Part shown: one piece after another, positions 32,547 to 43,134 of the stretch | Numbering within the stretch: the stretch's first letter is position 1 | Layout: each line of letters starts with the position of its first letter | DNA from: an uncultured cyanobacterium | GTDB lineage: Bacteria > Cyanobacteriota > Cyanobacteriia > PCC-9006 > JAAUQQ01 | Assembly (NCBI GenBank): GCA_963718615.1 | Contig: OY970368.1 | Coordinates: 640,001 to 704,000 of the forward strand | Direction of reading: 5' to 3' | DNA length: 64,000 bases | Notes under the pieces: model-generated | Database searches by the model: none | The model's input: the letters and a program-made list of their open reading frames with translations, nothing else | What the model was told of the DNA's origin: nothing | Program-made: the position numbers and the translations under genes

Positions 32547-32897
32547 TTAGCTGCCGACGAGGGGAAGTCGGTTGCCACGAACCGGGGTAACCCGATAGGG
32601 TTCGGAATCAGGACCGTAGGCGATGGGCAGAACCGCTTCGACGTTTTCGTGGGGACGGGGAATAATCACCCAGGTTTCGAGGGTGCCACCGGGGGTATTT
32701 TTGGCGGCTTCTTTACCCGCTTCCATGGCCGTTTTGACCTCAGAAACATCGCCCCGAATCGTCACCGTAAACCGCGCACTTCCCGCTCGCAAATACCCCA
32801 CAAGCGTCACCCGACCAGCTTTGACCATGGCATCGGCTGCTGCGAGTACCGGCGGAAAGCCTTTCGTTTCAAGGGAACCAACGGCCTCTAATGACAT
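32547..32897 (-). CDS. ccmK4: Carboxysome shell protein CcmK4
   Basis: BMC domain; GYLRAGSARF and WVIIPRPHENV typical of K4. Confidence 0.88.
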   Translation of the reverse strand: MSLEAVGSLETKGFPPVLAAADAMVKAGRVTLVGYLRAGSARFTVTIRGDVSEVKTAMEAGKEAAKNTPGGTLETWVIIPRPHENVEAVLPIAYGPDSEPYRVTPVRGNRLPLVGS

Positions 32898-32987
32898 TGC
32901 AAACTCCTAACGGGTGACCAGTGAAAAAAATCTATACCAATCCAAGACCCTATTCTAGGACAAACTGGGTCGCTCCCTCGGCGGTCC

Positions 32988-33326
32988 TTAAGATGCAGGT
33001 TCAGAGCCAGGGGGAAAATGGCTGCGGAAGGGCTCGGAGGCCGCACTGTAGCCGATGCCCAGCAAATCCACAACGTTGTCTGTGGGGTTGGGCACGATGT
33101 AATAGTTGACGACGATCTCGGCTTTGACGGCTTCGGCGGCTTTGATGCCCGCTGGCATGGCCAGTTGTACTTCGGAGTTAGGGCCTCGGATGACCAAATA
33201 AAAGTTGGCACGTTCGGCGAGGTCAAACTGGACCAGCGTGACCCGCGCAGCTTTGAGCATGGCATCGGCGGCGGCGAGGGTTCCGGGAAACCCGTCGATT
33301 TGGATCATTCCAACGGCTTCGGACAT
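32988..33326 (-). CDS. ccmK3: Carboxysome shell protein CcmK3
   Basis: BMC domain; DLAERANF and YIVPNP typical of K3; paired with ccmK4. Confidence 0.85.
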   Translation of the reverse strand: MSEAVGMIQIDGFPGTLAAADAMLKAARVTLVQFDLAERANFYLVIRGPNSEVQLAMPAGIKAAEAVKAEIVVNYYIVPNPTDNVVDLLGIGYSAASEPFRSHFPPGSEPAS

Positions 33327-33434
33327 GGATGTGGGGTTGAGCGTGGGATTGGGGTGGCGATCGCATTAAACGATCGAAGTCAATTGTAAATTGCGGCGGT
33401 GACCTTGCTCACGGGGCGATTCTGTAGATGACCC

Positions 33435-33752
33435 TCACCCTTTGTTCTCATCGGAGCGATTTTTATTTTTTTGAGACAAGAGGGCCTGCGTCAATGTCCC
33501 GCCCCCGCCTCCTAGCAAGCCTAAGGCTCCGCCAAACAAAGTGCTCGGCAGGTTGGTGTGTCGATTTTTCTCGGATTGCTCGCGCAACTCATATTCCTTA
33601 TCGACAACTTTATTGACAAGGGCGAGGATTTCTGTAGACTCTGCCCCTTCCGTTGCGGCTAAAACCTGAGCCAATAAACTCGGAGGGGTAGTGTTTGAGG
33701 GCAGTTGAATAATGGCAGAGGATGGAGAGATTTCTTCCGGTTGAGGGGTCAT
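33435..33752 (-). CDS. Hypothetical protein with a C-terminal Gly-rich hydrophobic segment
   Basis: ORF starts a few bp after the stop of the upstream gene; no recognised family. Confidence 0.55.
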   Translation of the reverse strand: MTPQPEEISPSSAIIQLPSNTTPPSLLAQVLAATEGAESTEILALVNKVVDKEYELREQSEKNRHTNLPSTLFGGALGLLGGGGGTLTQALLSQKNKNRSDENKG

Positions 33753-33755
33753 TGG

Positions 33756-34358
33756 TTAGAGGGTCTGAAAGGCTTGGTCAAGAATTTGAGTGGCGAGATA
33801 CGCGGCGTGATTGAGGGCGTAGTTCTGATCTCGACAAATCATGATGTAGGCATCTGCTTCGCCGGGTTGCCGAGGTGCGGGGGAGACGACCCACTGAGGA
33901 TTTAACCGCTTGAGCTCAGCGATGTAGGTTTGGAAGTATTCGCGATCGCCCTGGGAGGAATTCGCTGGAAGGACAAAGCGCTGGATCTGAGGCGGAGAGG
34001 GAGCGCCTTGGGCCTTCGTCTCTGCTTGAGGGGGAATGTCTAGGGGGTTAACTTCTGGAGGGTCAATCTGAGGAGGGCGATCGCGAACAAGCGGATCTTC
34101 CAGAATAGTGGTGGCGCGATATAGGCGTTTGTTACGTTGAGCGTCTTGGTTTTGAATCGCTAGCCGTTCGGCTTGGTAGAAGGCTTCAAAGGTTTTGTCT
34201 TGCTCGGAGAGTTCGTCGAGTTCGTGGATGTGGCTTTCGAGGTCTGGGGCGATCGCCATGATTGCTTCTGGCAACTCAATCCCCCTTGCCGAGCAGGCTG
34301 CCAAGGCGGCTCGGAAGGCAGCTAGATCGATGGCTTGTAGATTACGAGGGGGGGTCAT
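33756..34358 (-). CDS. Hypothetical protein
   Basis: 200 aa; ATGA overlap with the stop of the CHAT remnant. Confidence 0.65.
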   Translation of the reverse strand: MTPPRNLQAIDLAAFRAALAACSARGIELPEAIMAIAPDLESHIHELDELSEQDKTFEAFYQAERLAIQNQDAQRNKRLYRATTILEDPLVRDRPPQIDPPEVNPLDIPPQAETKAQGAPSPPQIQRFVLPANSSQGDREYFQTYIAELKRLNPQWVVSPAPRQPGEADAYIMICRDQNYALNHAAYLATQILDQAFQTL

Positions 34359-34897
34359 GGGTTCCCGGTCAGAATGAAGGCTGCCCAGTAATAAGGGTGA
34401 TTATAGGGGCGATCGCTCTCTTCCATTGTACTCAGTTGAAGCAGCTGGGTCTTCAGAAAACTCCGTAGGGCTTTGAGGTTGGGATCTTCTTTCCAGGTGG
34501 TGTAGAGCGCGCGGAGGTCTTGAACGGTGAGGTGAGGGAGCCAGGTTTGAGCCCCACGGTAGGCAAGGGGGACGGAAAGACCATTGCTAAGTTGGTGATA
34601 GAACTGGTAAGCAAATAAAGCACTGGCAGCGGATTCGACGGTCCAGATTGTGCTGAGGACGTGGGGAATGCCTTGGGCGAGGAGGGCGCTGGTGAGGCCG
34701 ACGTATTCGGCGGTGATGGTTTGGTTGCCGGTCAGGGCGGTTTGGGGAGTGGGTGGGGTGATGGGGTGGGAGGGAATGGGGTGGTTGGGGCTGTGGTGCC
34801 AGTGGAGGATAGCTTGGTGGGGTGGGAGTTGCTGGTAAATCTGTTGGAGTTGTTCGGGGGTGAGGCTGAGGCTGGGGGCTTGGGCTTCGGCGAGCAG
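34355..34897 (-). pseudogene. CHAT (caspase HetF-associated) domain gene remnant
   Basis: Not in the ORF track. Manual translation ...QAILHWHHSP...TALTGNQTITAEYVGLTSALLAQGIPHVLSTIWTV...YNHPYYWAAFILTGNP*; upstream in-frame TAG, no start codon, catalytic His/Cys region missing. Confidence 0.8.
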
Positions 34898-35044
34898 CTA
34901 GGTAAGGATCCAAGGGTGACGGCAACGGCTAACCCGGCCTGGATGCGTTGGGGTGCAGGAAGGAAATGCCAATTTTTGTGATGAAATCGTTGAAAGGTCA
35001 TTGATCTTATAAAAGTTAGTAAAATTTCAAGATGCTATTTCGTA

Positions 35045-36103
35045 TTATTGTTTGGGTAGATTTTCCTGTAAAAACCGAGTCATCCGAGCTTCACAAAGGT
35101 CCAACAAAGCCTGGGTTATAGAATGGCGTTGAGCAATTTGGGTACTGATTGAGATATGTCTGGCTAGGGTGAGCAATGAATACGCTTGAATTGCAATTCG
35201 ATTTCCATGGGGAGAGATAGTCAAAAATCGTTTTGCGATCGCGGTTTCATAGTCTTGAAAATAGGTTACTTGCCCAAAGCACCGTAACCCCAGCTCCATT
35301 AAATGTCCGATAAAATTACCAATGTCTAAATTTGGATTTCCGCGACAGTAGAGATCTAAATCAAGCAGATAGAACTGGTCGCCCTGCACTAAAACTTGAT
35401 CGGGATAATAATCCCGATGAATACCCACTAAGGGTTGGCAGGGAATCAGAGTAGCGATCTCTTCGCAGCGGCCTATGAGCTGCTGGAGACGCTCATGCCA
35501 GGAAGGATAGAGTTGAGTGACCCGCCCTAAGCGATCGCGCAAAAGGGCGAGCTCATCGTCTAGGGTATGGCAACGAGAAGTTTCTAGATTCGTTTGATGG
35601 AGTTTGTGAACAACATCTGCCATGTGGCTCATCGTTTCCAGGGGTAGAACACCAGACGTTGATAACAGCCGCTGGGTCATCGGAGTGCCGGGAACCTCCG
35701 TTTGCAACCACATCTTCCATGGGGGAATTGCACCCAGAGTTTTGGGCACAGCAATCTGATCTTCGGATTGGGGGTTAAAACCGACTTCAAATAAATGACG
35801 TTGAAGATGATAGGTTGTCTTGTCAAAGCCTTTGGCTCGTACCTTGCCTAAGACTCGGATGGGGGTGAGGCGATCGCCATTCCTCCGCTCTAGACCATAG
35901 GCAATCAGACAGCGCCGTCCAAGCTTATGACGCAGGACTTGAATTTGGCTTAATTCTAAATCGGGTTTGGTTTCAGAAGATATCTCAAGGCAATCCAGTA
36001 AGATATTTCTCGCGACTTCTGGAGAGAAGGCCGGGGCTAAAAACGTCAGACTTGTGTCATCTAAGACCGTCTTTGGATCAATGGTGATTTTGGGGCTTAA
36101 CAT
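35045..36103 (-). CDS. Aminoglycoside-phosphotransferase (APH)-family kinase
   Basis: RHKLGRRC, HRDYYPDQV, LLDLD. Confidence 0.8.
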   Translation of the reverse strand: MLSPKITIDPKTVLDDTSLTFLAPAFSPEVARNILLDCLEISSETKPDLELSQIQVLRHKLGRRCLIAYGLERRNGDRLTPIRVLGKVRAKGFDKTTYHLQRHLFEVGFNPQSEDQIAVPKTLGAIPPWKMWLQTEVPGTPMTQRLLSTSGVLPLETMSHMADVVHKLHQTNLETSRCHTLDDELALLRDRLGRVTQLYPSWHERLQQLIGRCEEIATLIPCQPLVGIHRDYYPDQVLVQGDQFYLLDLDLYCRGNPNLDIGNFIGHLMELGLRCFGQVTYFQDYETAIAKRFLTISPHGNRIAIQAYSLLTLARHISISTQIAQRHSITQALLDLCEARMTRFLQENLPKQ

Positions 36104-37435
36104 GTTTGTTCTACCCATCTGTTTCCAGCCTTTTCCGGGATAGACTGGAGGATTTTTCGGATCCGAGTCAAGACCCTTGGAATGCGTTGGGGCCAATCGG
36201 AATAACGATATCGAAAGGGTTCTGGCGTGAGTAAAAATAGCCCAAAGGCGGTGTAGATCTTGAGGGCCTCTCGGGGAATCTGGTAACCAATACTTTCATA
36301 TCCGGTTAACAATGATGATTCTAACAACCGCACTTGCTCGAAGGATCGTTCCTCCCAGAAGGGCTTGACGCTCAAGATGGGCGATGAAATTGCCAATATC
36401 CTGAGCGGGATGCCCTAGGGCTGCTCTATCCAGATCAATAATGGCAATGCGGTCGTCGCGCCACAGCACTTGATCCGCATAAAAATCCCCATGAATGGCG
36501 GTGGTTAGGGACGGAAGCTGCATCAATCGTTGACTCAGGATTTGGGCGACTTCAACGGCCTCCAAGCGCCACGATGGGAGCAAAAAGCCAATCCAATCCG
36601 CCAGTTGCAACAGCGTCTGACGTTGATGCGTTAGATTCAGGTGTTTCAAGTGACTCGGCCCTTGTCGATGGAGCTGGGCGAGGGCCACGCCAACGCGGCT
36701 CAAATCATCGTGGCTAAAACCTGGATCTGACATCCAGTCTGGCAGGGGAACTCCCGATAACCAGTCCCACGCCAAGAGGTGATATTTGTCTCGTTTGCCG
36801 ATGAGGGGCGCGATCGCCAACTCCGGTTGCGACTGGAAGCCATTGGCATGACGCCAGGCTTTCTCATAGTTTGGAGCCGTATAAGCCTTGATCAGAGCTT
36901 GGGGGGTATCTTGACAACACCATTGCGCCACCAAGCGTCGTTCAGGTTTATAGCGCAACAGCCTCAATTGTCCTGTATTAGAGATTCTTTTGGCCGGCAA
37001 GAGCTTTGCTATCGTAGGGGCTTGGTGATGGGGCTCTAAAAGCTTGATTAAGGATTTCAGCTTCGCATCATTGGGGAGAACAGAGAGTTTGACCGATGCT
37101 TCGAGCCAAATCCATCGTCCTATGCCCAACACTTGAGACATTCCGGGTCTTTGTTGCCATTTTTGCAACTTTGCATCGTCATCCATACGAAAAGCTTTGG
37201 CATAAAGCCAAAGGGATTGCCAAGGCCCCTGGGCCTTGCTCACTTGGGCCTCCAGCGCCACCAAACAGTTCGTTTGAGGTTTATAGCGTATGTAACGACT
37301 GTGGAGCGATCGCCATTGCAGCTGCGGCCAGGTGAGTTGCAAATACTCCAAGAGAGCCGCGTCATCAAGGAGTACCCGTAATCCGGGTAGAAATGGCTCA
37401 CGTTGAATCAAATTTTTGTCAGCAGTAAGAAGCAT
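36097..37435 (-). pseudogene. APH-family phosphotransferase, frameshifted near 36350
   Basis: RYKPQTNC, RYKPERR, HGDFYADQV, IIDLD; the C-terminus (...PEPFRYRYSDWPQR...) continues in another frame and ends overlapping the next gene. Confidence 0.7.
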
Positions 37436-39278
37436 CAGACACCTCATCGGATTCCGCATTCATGAATTGCCGCGTCGCGGACTGAAGCTGATATAAAGCC
37501 CCATAGCGACCGTTGAGTTCCATCAGCTGACGATGGGACCCTTGCTCTAAAATTTGGCCTTGCTCAAGATAAATAATGTGATCCGCTCTGGAGGCCAGCT
37601 TTAAATCATGGGCGACCATCAAAGTCGTTTTATGTTGGGCGAGGCGCTGCAATGCTTCCACGACCTCCGCTTCATTTTTTGGGTCGAGTCCTGTGGTGGG
37701 TTCGTCCAAGATTAATATGGGGGCATTGCGAACGGCGGCGCGAGCAATGGCCAATCGTTGCCGTTGACCGCCGGAGAGGGTAGATCCCTGTTCACCCAAG
37801 ATTGTATCGTAGCCGTTGGGTAAGTTTTGGGTGATGAAGTCATGGGCATTGGCTAACTTGGCGGCAGCAATAATCTGTTCATTGCTGGCATCACTCTTTC
37901 CGTAGGCAATGTTTTCCCACACGGTTGCGGCAAATAGCAGGTTTTCTTGTAAGACGATACTAAACTGCGATCGCAGCGAAGCCAGGGTAAAGTTTCGGAT
38001 ATCTTGAGAATCTAGGCGAATACAACCTTCAACCGGATCATATAGGCGTAAGAGAAGACCGATTAACGTCGATTTTCCGCTTCCAGATGGCCCGACCAAC
38101 GCCACGGTTTGACCGGCGTGAATGGTCAGTTGAATTTTTTTAAGCACGGGACAATGGGAATTGTAGGCGAAACTCACATCGTCAAACCGAATCACCCCTT
38201 CAAGGGCTGTGATGGCAAGGGCTTCGGGAGAATCAACCACGTCCGAAGATTGGTTAAACAGATGTAAGATTCGCTCCCCAGCCGCTGTTCCTTTCGCCAA
38301 CCGTCCTACATATTTAGCAAAATCCCGCACCGGTCGAAAGGCATTTTTAAGATAGGACAAAAACACCAAAAGATCCCCCGGCGTCAGACTCTGATCTAAA
38401 ACAAGCTGGGTACCCCGACCGAGGACCAGGGCCGTTGCGATCGCAATCAACAAATCGACCGTCCGTTCCAACCTCGCGGCTAGGCGTTTAGCCTTGACCC
38501 CATCTTTCAGGCTACGACGACTTTGGCTAGAGAATGTTTGGGAAAATTGATCTTCTAGGGATAAAGTTTGCACCACCTTAATGGCATTCATAGATTCTGC
38601 CGCCGTTGAAGCCATCACGCTTTCCCGTTGCCGTTGGGAGCGAGAAACCGACTGAATTTTGCGGCTGAGCCGCTGGGTCACCAGTCCAAACAAGGGAAGA
38701 GTTGCCATGGCAATTAACATCAGCTCAGCATTAAGCCAAAGCATGAGGGCAACCATACCGACCAAAATTAAGCTGTTGGCCATCAGGGGAAGAAATGCCG
38801 TCACGACAATATCTTGCAAAAGACCGACATCACTAATCACCCGGATGGTGAGATCCCCTTTCCTCGCCTTGTCATGGAAGGATAGGGAGAGCCGCTGAAG
38901 GTGGTCATAGAGATCATTCCTTACACGGGTTAAGACGCGATTCCCCACTAAGGCAAAGCCAACGGTATTGAGATAGGCGGCAAAGGCCCGGAGCCCTGTG
39001 ATCCCAATTAGGGCGATCGCAGCGAGTCCCAACAGTGTCATCGGTTCTAGCTCGGCCAAGACTAAAGGGATGCCCGCTAGGCCATCTTCCGGATCAATCA
39101 CCCCGTCAAAAATAAACTTGAGCGGCCAAGGCTCCATGAGGCGAAACCCAACCTCAGCCAACAAGGCTACAAAAGAGGCGATTAATAAGGGTTTTTCCGT
39201 TTGGGCGTAGGGCCAAAAGGCTCGTAAGACCTGCCAGAAACCGGGAAAAATTTCTTGGAGTTTTTGGGGACGCCCCAT
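37419..39278 (-). CDS. ABC transporter, fused permease/ATPase
   Basis: EPWPLKFIFD, GPSGSGKST, LSGGQRQR, LDEPTTGLD; TAATG overlap with the upstream glycosyltransferase. Confidence 0.92.
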   Translation of the reverse strand: MGRPQKLQEIFPGFWQVLRAFWPYAQTEKPLLIASFVALLAEVGFRLMEPWPLKFIFDGVIDPEDGLAGIPLVLAELEPMTLLGLAAIALIGITGLRAFAAYLNTVGFALVGNRVLTRVRNDLYDHLQRLSLSFHDKARKGDLTIRVISDVGLLQDIVVTAFLPLMANSLILVGMVALMLWLNAELMLIAMATLPLFGLVTQRLSRKIQSVSRSQRQRESVMASTAAESMNAIKVVQTLSLEDQFSQTFSSQSRRSLKDGVKAKRLAARLERTVDLLIAIATALVLGRGTQLVLDQSLTPGDLLVFLSYLKNAFRPVRDFAKYVGRLAKGTAAGERILHLFNQSSDVVDSPEALAITALEGVIRFDDVSFAYNSHCPVLKKIQLTIHAGQTVALVGPSGSGKSTLIGLLLRLYDPVEGCIRLDSQDIRNFTLASLRSQFSIVLQENLLFAATVWENIAYGKSDASNEQIIAAAKLANAHDFITQNLPNGYDTILGEQGSTLSGGQRQRLAIARAAVRNAPILILDEPTTGLDPKNEAEVVEALQRLAQHKTTLMVAHDLKLASRADHIIYLEQGQILEQGSHRQLMELNGRYGALYQLQSATRQFMNAESDEVSDASYC

Positions 39279-40474
39279 TACGAAACCTCCCTTGTCTGGG
39301 GAGTCGCTCGATGGGGGTAAGCCAAATCTAAAATTTGGCTCACAATCGCGCCCCAACTATGGTTTGCGAGCACCTGCTTGCGTGCCGTTTCTCCCAGTTG
39401 CGATCGCAAACTTGGTACCTGCAACAGCTGCTTTAAAGCCTCTGCCAAAGCTGAGACATCACCAGGGGGATAGAGGATTCCATTTTCCCCATGGTGCAGG
39501 AGTTGAGCCAATTGTCCTGTCTCACTGGCAACTACAGGCAATCCCGCTGCCATCGATTCATAGACCTTTAAAGGGGAGAAGTAGCAGGGCGCTTGGGCGG
39601 CATAGGGGGCAACCGCGACATCCATAGAGGCTAAATAAGCCGGAATTTGATCCGGGGGAACTAAACCCGGCATGACCACCGCTTCGGCAGAGGTTTGGGC
39701 GATCGCTTCGGCCTCAATGACCGCCCGATTGGGACCGTCTCCGACCATTAACAGCCGCGCTTGGAGATGACTCTGGTAGAGCAAACGAAACGCTTGCACC
39801 AGGGTTTGGAGATCATGCCAAGGCTTCATCGTGCCGACAAATCCCACTACAAATTCGTTAGCTTGTTTGGGGCGTAATGGCGCTAAATCGGATGGATAGC
39901 GTTCAGGGTGGACACCGTTGGCAATCACATATATCTTGTCAGGATCAATGTCGAACTGCTGTAAGTAGTGAGCAATCTCTTCGGACACGGCAATGATTAC
40001 AGAGCTGGCGGCTAATGTTCTTGCGCTCATTTGCTCAGCCCCTAGCCGATTCACCAGTCCCCGATGGGTAGATTGTTCGTCCATCAACGGCGCATTCACC
40101 TCTAGCACGGCGGGAATCTGCGACCATTGCGCATATTCCATACCTGTACAGCTCCAAAGGGAATAGCGTTCATAAACCAGGTCAAATGGCCCGCAATGGT
40201 CTAGGGCCTGTCTCAGGTCTTCGTTTGCCGAAATCGCAGCAAGTTCACGCTCCGCAATCATCTCAAGCGTTTTACCCTTCGGGAGATGGGGTAATTGATG
40301 CATTCGAATATCTTTGAGACTGTTGAGGGGAGGCCCACCCAGACGGGATGCAAATAGCTCGACCTCATGTCCCTGCTGCAAGAAAGTTTGGAGCACAGAT
40401 TGGACATGAATGGAGCATCCCTTATGACCAAAGACGGGCACCCCTGGATCTGCACATATATAGGCAATTTTCAT
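39278..40474 (-). CDS. Glycosyltransferase family 4
   Basis: MKIAYICADPGVPVFGHKGCSIHV, YERYSLW, FSPLKVYESMAAG. Confidence 0.9.
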   Translation of the reverse strand: MKIAYICADPGVPVFGHKGCSIHVQSVLQTFLQQGHEVELFASRLGGPPLNSLKDIRMHQLPHLPKGKTLEMIAERELAAISANEDLRQALDHCGPFDLVYERYSLWSCTGMEYAQWSQIPAVLEVNAPLMDEQSTHRGLVNRLGAEQMSARTLAASSVIIAVSEEIAHYLQQFDIDPDKIYVIANGVHPERYPSDLAPLRPKQANEFVVGFVGTMKPWHDLQTLVQAFRLLYQSHLQARLLMVGDGPNRAVIEAEAIAQTSAEAVVMPGLVPPDQIPAYLASMDVAVAPYAAQAPCYFSPLKVYESMAAGLPVVASETGQLAQLLHHGENGILYPPGDVSALAEALKQLLQVPSLRSQLGETARKQVLANHSWGAIVSQILDLAYPHRATPQTREVS

Positions 40475-41712
40475 CTTTTGACCTCCATCTTTGCTGGAGA
40501 TTTTGCGACTGAGGTTTCCCAGCCTAACAACTGCCGTTGTTTCAACGTATTGCAATGAATATCAAACTCATGCTCGATCAGCAACCGAGCATTCTGGGCA
40601 AGTGTAATGCCCAGGGATTCGTTGCCTAAGAGTCGTTCTAAAGCATCGGCTAGTTCTGTTGGGTTCCCTGGGGACACGAGCAAACCCGTTTGATGATCGC
40701 GAATCAGTTCTGGAATTCCGGTCACATCCGTTGACACACAGGGGGTCCCTAACGCCATTGCTTCTAGTAAGACTGTGGGGAGGCCATCTCGATTGCCATC
40801 TTGGCCCAAAATACAGGGAGCGGCAAACACAGCAGCCCCTTGAATGAGTTGCCGGAGTTGGGCTTGGGGGCGGGGGCCTGCTAACCGCACATGAGTCTCA
40901 AGCTGGAGAAGGGCAATTTGCGATCGCAACGCTGCTTCTAGCTCTCCGATCCCAATAATTTGGCAATCAAAGTCAATGCCTCTTTGTTTAAGCCGCTGAC
41001 AAGCTGAAATTAAATCAGCAAATCCCTTTTTCTCAACGAGACGACCGACGGCCACAATCCGGGGAGGGCGATTTTGCGGCATTAGAAAGGGAAAGCGGTC
41101 TAAATCTAAACCGTTATAGATTCGGTGAACCTGTTGAGCGGCATCACCGTAGGTCCCCTGAAGAAATTTAAGATTGAAATCACTCACGGTGATGGTGGCT
41201 CGCGCATCGGCAAGCTTCGCCGTTAGGTCTTGGGGATTGACCGATTCATGGAAAATATCCTTGGCATGGGCGGTGAAACTATAGGGTATCCCCGTAAAGA
41301 AACTCACAAGCCTTGCCACACCGGAGGCGGAGGTTGCAAAATGAGCATGCAAATGGGTAATTCGACGCTCATAAACCTGACGGGCTATCTGTAAGGCCTG
41401 ATAAATCTCACGCGAGTCTTGCCCTTTGGCTAATGCAAGCTTTGACCAAATATCCGGATAAACTTGGCTGGCTGATTCCAAGGCTTGCCAAAAATCAGCA
41501 ACCTTCGGACTGGATGCTAAACAATAGGTCACAGAGGCTTGAACTTGAGCCAGCAGATCTTGAAAATGACTATCAATCGTTGGGCGTAGCGCAAAGATTT
41601 CAATGGCGAGACCTGTAGCTTCATGGGCCAAAATTTCATTGACGACAAAGGTTTCCGAATAGCGAGGATAACGCTTCAGAATATAGGCAACCCGAGGTTT
41701 TATTTCAGACAT
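40471..41712 (-). CDS. Glycosyltransferase family 4 (WcaL-like)
   Basis: YPRYSETF, HLHAHF, VGRLVEKKG, DGLPTVLLEAMA. Confidence 0.9.
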   Translation of the reverse strand: MSEIKPRVAYILKRYPRYSETFVVNEILAHEATGLAIEIFALRPTIDSHFQDLLAQVQASVTYCLASSPKVADFWQALESASQVYPDIWSKLALAKGQDSREIYQALQIARQVYERRITHLHAHFATSASGVARLVSFFTGIPYSFTAHAKDIFHESVNPQDLTAKLADARATITVSDFNLKFLQGTYGDAAQQVHRIYNGLDLDRFPFLMPQNRPPRIVAVGRLVEKKGFADLISACQRLKQRGIDFDCQIIGIGELEAALRSQIALLQLETHVRLAGPRPQAQLRQLIQGAAVFAAPCILGQDGNRDGLPTVLLEAMALGTPCVSTDVTGIPELIRDHQTGLLVSPGNPTELADALERLLGNESLGITLAQNARLLIEHEFDIHCNTLKQRQLLGWETSVAKSPAKMEVKR

Positions 41713-43037
41713 TAAAATTTCCTTTCTGTCCCACTGCTAGCTAAACATCTACATAGATTGCTGACCTGCTGGGTAAAGCGGTTTAGCCCTTGTAAATCAA
41801 TGGAATTGCGGACAGAGGGCTGAGCGATCTCCCGATGTAGCCAATCGCCTAAAGCCTGTGGGCTCAGGTGTTCCGGGTGAAGAACATCAAGGAGCTCTAA
41901 GCTTTGCAACCGTTGGGCTCTAATCCATTGCTCCAGACGGGGGGACACTCGGGGAACCAGAAGAGCGGGTTTGCCAAAAGAGAGAATTTCACAGGTGGTG
42001 TTGTAGCCTCCCATGGCAATAACACGCTGTGCCTGTTGCATCAAAAGGGTAGGTTCGGCGAAATAGTCTAAAACTTGCAAACGGGGATTGTCTTGAGCCT
42101 GAATGCGTAGCCGTTCTCGTATTTCCCCTGGCATAAACGGCCCAGTCAGCAAAATACCATGTAGACCTTTCGGTAAGGCGGTTTGCACAAAGGCTTGGGC
42201 CAATTGTGCACCATCTTGGCCGCCACCGACACAACATAAAACGAAGGGACTTGAGCTAAGATTGAGCTGTTTTAGCCCTTCAAGGGTCTGCGAAGGGAGT
42301 GACTCTAAACGGGAGCTTTGGTCTAAATATCCCAGATATTTGAGCTTATATTCCATTGCCGAAGACCAATGATATTCTTGGGCGAGGTCATAAACATTGC
42401 GATCGCCATAAACCCAAACCTGATCGAAGTATTTGCGAATCGCTGATTCATTTCTGAGCTTTGCCCACTCTTGAACAACAGTATTGGGTTGGTCAAGGAC
42501 GTCTCGCAATCCCAAAATACAACGTGTCCGGGACCGCCAACGCAGCATTCTTAAACTTGAGTTGAGTTCTTGACCCACACCACGGGGAACATTATCAACC
42601 ATGAAAATATCTGGCTGAAATGTTTTCAAAGCGGCTTTAATCGTCTTAGAGCGAAGCTGAATTAAATCATCAAACGACAATCGAAACGACCGAGATCGAT
42701 AGCGTCCAGTAGATTCTTTATAGAGCGAGGGCAACGTTAAATAGTCAATACCGGTGGGCATTGAGCTACCGTGAATCTCACAAACCCCCATTATCATTAA
42801 GATATCTGCATTGACATCCGACTTAACCAGTGTTTCCGCTAAAAGCCGATTACGGCGTTTGTGGCCTAGCCCCATGGTGTCATGGGAATAGAATGCAATT
42901 CTTGGTCGAGAGTGCGATCGCCCTAAGGATTGAGTCCAAGATTTTGTTGTAGCGTTCAGATCTGCCACTGGGCTTGCAGAATCATTCTTTTCCTCATTCC
43001 CTTGACTTTTCGAAGTTATCAATGACACATAACTCAT
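41712..43037 (-). CDS. GT-B-fold glycosyltransferase (GT28 C-terminal-like)
   Basis: YSHDTMGLGHKRR, VGGGQDG, AMGGYNT, EQWIRA. Confidence 0.85.
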   Translation of the reverse strand: MSYVSLITSKSQGNEEKNDSASPVADLNATTKSWTQSLGRSHSRPRIAFYSHDTMGLGHKRRNRLLAETLVKSDVNADILMIMGVCEIHGSSMPTGIDYLTLPSLYKESTGRYRSRSFRLSFDDLIQLRSKTIKAALKTFQPDIFMVDNVPRGVGQELNSSLRMLRWRSRTRCILGLRDVLDQPNTVVQEWAKLRNESAIRKYFDQVWVYGDRNVYDLAQEYHWSSAMEYKLKYLGYLDQSSRLESLPSQTLEGLKQLNLSSSPFVLCCVGGGQDGAQLAQAFVQTALPKGLHGILLTGPFMPGEIRERLRIQAQDNPRLQVLDYFAEPTLLMQQAQRVIAMGGYNTTCEILSFGKPALLVPRVSPRLEQWIRAQRLQSLELLDVLHPEHLSPQALGDWLHREIAQPSVRNSIDLQGLNRFTQQVSNLCRCLASSGTERKF

Positions 43038-43134
43038 CTATCCCCCCCTGCCCCCTATCGCTCTCTAACCCAACGTTCACCAATTTGCAGCTATGACGAA
43101 GGTCTTGAGGTGGGAGTTCCTGCTTACCCTGCTC

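Noticed and set aside
34587-35001. Pro-rich ORFs in the ORF track
   Set aside because: They are off-frame readings of the skewed CHAT remnant
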